From the human T2T-CHM13v2.0 reference genome, Homo sapiens: a stretch of DNA of 64,000 nt. The first letter of the stretch is position 1. Each line of letters begins with the position of its first letter. A program made the position numbers and the translations under genes. Of the stretch, positions 1 through 64,000 are shown one piece after another. The notes beneath the pieces were generated by a model that saw only the letters and a list, made by a program, of their open reading frames with translations, had not been told where the DNA came from and did no database searches. The DNA is taken from NCBI RefSeq assembly GCF_009914755.1, contig NC_060933.1; one strand, 5' to 3'.

Positions 1-167
1 GAGGGGTTTATTAGTGAGGTGACTGGGGGTTTGAGAAGAGTGAAATATCAGAATGAGAGAGTGAGGCCACTCTTTATGGCTTGCTTATTGAGCGTGATGA
101 AGAATCTGGTCGAGGGATATTAACACTTTCTGTTCGGAGATGTAGATGTGTTTTCTTCTCTCACTAG

Positions 168-36112
<35,945 letters not shown>

Positions 36113-36508
36113 GGCAGTGCTGTTCTGCCCACCTACCCCTCTCCACCAGCCTACACTGCACCCTGGCTGGCAGGGGTGCTGCTGGCTGCTAGGGCCTATA
36201 CAATGGAGGGCACCTCCTGTCACCCCCCTCCCGGAGTAGCCACGACTCCAGCCACCACCCACTGACGTTATTTTTATACTAGATGAAGAGGTCAACAGCA
36301 GGCATGGGGAGCCGAGTCTTCTGTGCTCAGGTCCTCACGCTGCAGACGCCCCCTAGAGGAACTTTCCTTCCTTTCCAGCATTCCCCACAGCACTGCCGGC
36401 CAGGGGAGAGGCGGCAGCCCAGCAGAGGGCTCTATGCACGGGTTTCAAACCTGTTTTCCACACTCTGTCTTTGCAGTTTTGGTAATTCTGTGGTCTATTT
36501 ATACAGAT

Positions 36509-36514
36509 ATTAAA
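36509..36514 (+). terminator. NUP188: NUP188 proximal polyadenylation signal ATTAAA
   Basis: ATTAAA ~400 nt after the stop, followed by a GU/U-rich tract (gctgtgtgatgttt). Confidence 0.75.
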
Positions 36515-37246
36515 ATCTTGTTTATAGACAGCTGTGTGATGTTTAACTTCAAAGCCCAGGGATGACAACGTGGCTCTCAGAACCTAGAAAACTCCCCTGG
36601 CCAGGCGCCTGGGAGTGGGGCTGCAGCCTCGGGGGAAGGCAGGTACTGATGGATGGCTAGTTCACCAGCATCTCCTCATTCCTGTCCTTGGGCTGAGGGT
36701 TTGGCTGGGTGGGCGCTGTCAGATATTCCCTTCCTTGGCCTGCGCTGGTCCTGTCCTTGACCCTGCTTTCATTGGCCCAGTGGGCTGAGCTCATCCCTGG
36801 GTGAGCCTTTCTTGAAGCTCTGTGCCTTCCTATTTATAGCCCCGTGCCCCCGTCATCCCCCGATCCCCTCTTCAGAAGCCCCAACAGTGGGGCCTACTGG
36901 CTGTTGGCCTTCTCAGGACTGAAGTCAGAATGCTAGGTCCTGCTAGGGGCCATCTAAAACACAGACATCACTTAGGGTTTCTAGAATCAGGCTGCCTGGG
37001 CTTCAGTCCCTGCTTGGCCACTTGCCAACTGTGGTCCCTTGAGGAGCTGACTGTCTTGCTGATCTCATCTGTGAAATGTGGACACTGAGGACGGCATGAG
37101 AACCCATGGCACGGGGGCACATGCTGGGTGAAACGCCCGACCTGCAGACAGCACTGACCGCTACCCACTTCTTGTGCTTGAACTGAACTGTCAGACGCAT
37201 TCTACAGTCCGCTCCACAATCCAAATTTAGGAAACTTTTTCTTAGG

Positions 37247-37252
37247 AATAAA
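37247..37252 (+). terminator. NUP188: Candidate NUP188 distal polyadenylation signal AATAAA
   Basis: AATAAA followed by cgttccttgtgcgg, a GU-containing sequence. Confidence 0.5.
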
Positions 37253-37487
37253 ACGTTCCTTGTGCGGCTTCATGTCCAGGAACAGCACTGCCCTCTGAGA
37301 GGCACAGGCCCCGCAGAAGACAGGGAGGGCTGCACTTCTTCCCAACTAGAGAGCTGGGGGCCGGGGCAGCCACAGGGCCCCTGCTCACTCTGTGGAAGAG
37401 TGGGGCAGAGGGTGAGTCTACCTTTCCCTTTACCACCCTCAGGGCCAGGCCCTGACAGGAGCCCAGGTGACTCGCACACAAGGACGG

Positions 37488-37493
37488 TTTATT
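37488..37493 (-). terminator. SH3GLB2: SH3GLB2 proximal polyadenylation signal AATAAA
   Basis: TTTATT on + strand, ~630 nt past the SH3GLB2 stop; downstream on - strand ccttgtgtgcg GU-rich. Confidence 0.75.
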
Positions 37494-38117
37494 GGCTAGA
37501 GAGCAAACGCAGGCAGAAGTAAAAACACCAGATAAAAAGTGAGTGTGGAGAGGTGAAGACTGCGGCCGCTGGACTTGGCTTGAGCTGTGAGGGGTGGGAG
37601 GGGAGGATAGCACCGGAAGATGCTGCTCCGGGCCCAACACCAGCCCTGGCCAGGCTCTCCCCTCCCAGGGGCAGCGCCCAGTCCCCAGGGGCTGCCAGAG
37701 CCCTGTGTGCCTTGCCGCATTCCCCTGATGCAGCTTTTGGCAACTGAAAGGCAGGGCTCTCGCTGAGTGCACCTGGGGCTTCCTGAGCCCATCTGCGGCG
37801 GCCCCACCCTGGCCTAGGTGCTGAGTGCAGCTGCTGCAGACAGCCCCTCCCTCCTTAGTGGAGCCTGGAGGGTGGGGTGCTCGGGGATGCAGGCAGGGGC
37901 AGGGGCTCCAGAGCCACAGGTCAGAAGCAGGGCTGGGGGAGGGGTGGAGCCATTCAGCCTCAGGCACCCTCACAGCTAGGTGACTAGGGGCAGGGACAGA
38001 ATGGGGTGAATTCTCCCCACTCTGAACAACTGTGTCACCAACAAACAAGTTAAGTGGCAGGGCTGCGCCCATCCTCTCCTGCCTAGGCCAGAATGCGGGG
38101 GGGATGGGGGCACCTGC

Positions 38118-57611
<19,494 letters not shown>

Positions 57612-58308
57612 GGCGTGCCCGCACGGCCGCCGCGCACGGCCCGAGCGCAGCCGGCAGCCCCCGGCCCAGCCGCCGCCGCCAACCGCACCCCGCCCACCTG
57701 CTGCGGGGTACCAGCCCTCCGCGCACCCGCCTGCCGGCCTGCCCGCCTGCCCGCCCGCCGCAGCCGCCGAGCCAGCCCGAGCGCGCAGGGCGGGGCGCGG
57801 AGGCCGCGGGGCGGAGCCAGAGGGGCGGGGGCGGAGCTGGCGGTGCCGGGGCGGGACGGGACGGCAGTGGGGCGGAGCTAGAGGGGCGGGGGCCGGGCGG
57901 GGGCCGGGCTGGTTGGCGGAAGCCGGGCGGAGTCGGAGGGGGCGGGACTGGCGGGACAGGGGCGGAGCGAGAGGGCAGTGGGGCGGAGCTACATGGGTGG
58001 GGGCGAGGCCTTGGCGCGGCCAGAGCGGGGGTTGGTCTGGGGAGCAGGTTGTGCTGGGCAGGGCTCGCTGCTGGGCAGTGCTCGCTGCTGCCCCCATGCG
58101 CCTGCCGCCGCGGATTGGGCCGGCCTCTTTTTTTCCTTTTACTAAAATTATTAAAACTGGAACACATGTGCTCTTAGATGATTGCAGGTACACGCCATAA
58201 TTACATATTATTTGCCATCTTACCAATGCTTTTCAAAAGTTTTAATTGATAAATATATATTTACGGCCTACAAGGTGATGAAATTGTGGAATGATGAAAT
58301 CAAGTTAA

Positions 58309-59578
<1,270 letters not shown>

Positions 59579-60059
59579 TAGGTTTCACCTTTGAACCCAG
59601 TGGAGAGCTCTGTTCCCAAGCTGTACCCTCTTCTATCTGGCTTTGTTCATCTTTCTATACTTACCCCAGTTTCTGTCACCTATCCCAGCATGGCTCTGCA
59701 GGGTGAGCCTCAAGTCACCTGGGGGCTTGTTCAAAATCCAGACCCTGTTCCCTCTCCCAGCCCTGGTTCTGGGTCAACAAGTCAATGGCTCTAACATTAA
59801 ATCACCTGGGAGCTTTCAAAACTCCACCTACCTGGGCCATCCTGTCATGTACTTGGGCCAGTATGTACATGTTGCCTTCATCAACTTTCATGTCATTCAC
59901 ACATCTGCAATCCCTCAACTCTGATTCTCTGTGTTTCTGTTTTTGTGTTCACTATGTGTTTGTTTCTATTTGTCTGTATTGATCATGGACTTATTTACTA
60001 TCATCTGTTTATAGCTGACTATATCATTCATTTAGCCAGTGTTAACTTTAAAAAAATCT

Positions 60060-60980
<921 letters not shown>

Positions 60981-61075
60981 CAAGATGTATACATTTAAAG
61001 AAGGAAAGAAGATTTTATTTCTTATAAAAGGGTACAGACTGCAAGGTGACCATCCCACAAATTGGGAAGCATGCC

Positions 61076-64000
<2,925 letters not shown>

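Larger units (their letters stand above)
37242..38072 (-). other. 276-codon downstream ORF in SH3GLB2 3' UTR, in frame with the SH3GLB2 CDS (possibly the reported RRIG1 ORF); coding status unproven
   Basis: ORF track 37242..38072; gagAGGATGG strong Kozak context; no recognisable domain. Confidence 0.3.

Overview
Alu-dense primate DNA, almost certainly human 9q34.11, holding two convergent spliced genes. On the + strand are the last 34 coding exons of the nucleoporin NUP188 (168-36112). I traced these by hand as a phase-consistent GT-AG chain of 4338 nt (1445 aa + stop, ending ...QAFVRHMQR*). On the - strand is the complete endophilin-B2 gene SH3GLB2 (ATG 57611 to TAG 38118): 11 core coding exons of 1188 nt (395 aa, N-BAR + SH3), two frame-preserving microexons (12 and 15 nt) and a CpG-island/GC-box promoter. 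The 3' UTRs meet tail-to-tail at 36.1-38.1 kb. The rest is roughly 70 Alu/FLAM copies, fragmented old L1/L2/MIR, DNA-transposon relics and nested ERV LTRs at 60-63 kb. Most ORFs in the supplied track are Alu or GC-rich artefacts. I see no wholly new gene system. The best leads are in RNA processing: (1) a 291-codon stop-free frame continuing in-frame past the SH3GLB2 stop, containing a 276-aa strong-Kozak ORF that is complete only on long-3'UTR transcripts; (2) a (UG)20 tract next to a candidate poison cryptic exon in NUP188; (3) a 29-bp tandem duplication of a NUP188 splice donor; (4) an Alu that separates a NUP188 acceptor from its probable ancestral branch point; (5) SRRM4/QKI-type microexon architecture in SH3GLB2; (6) several unusual Alu insertion or conversion scars. 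Exon numbers, repeat subfamily names and literature links are from memory and need checking.
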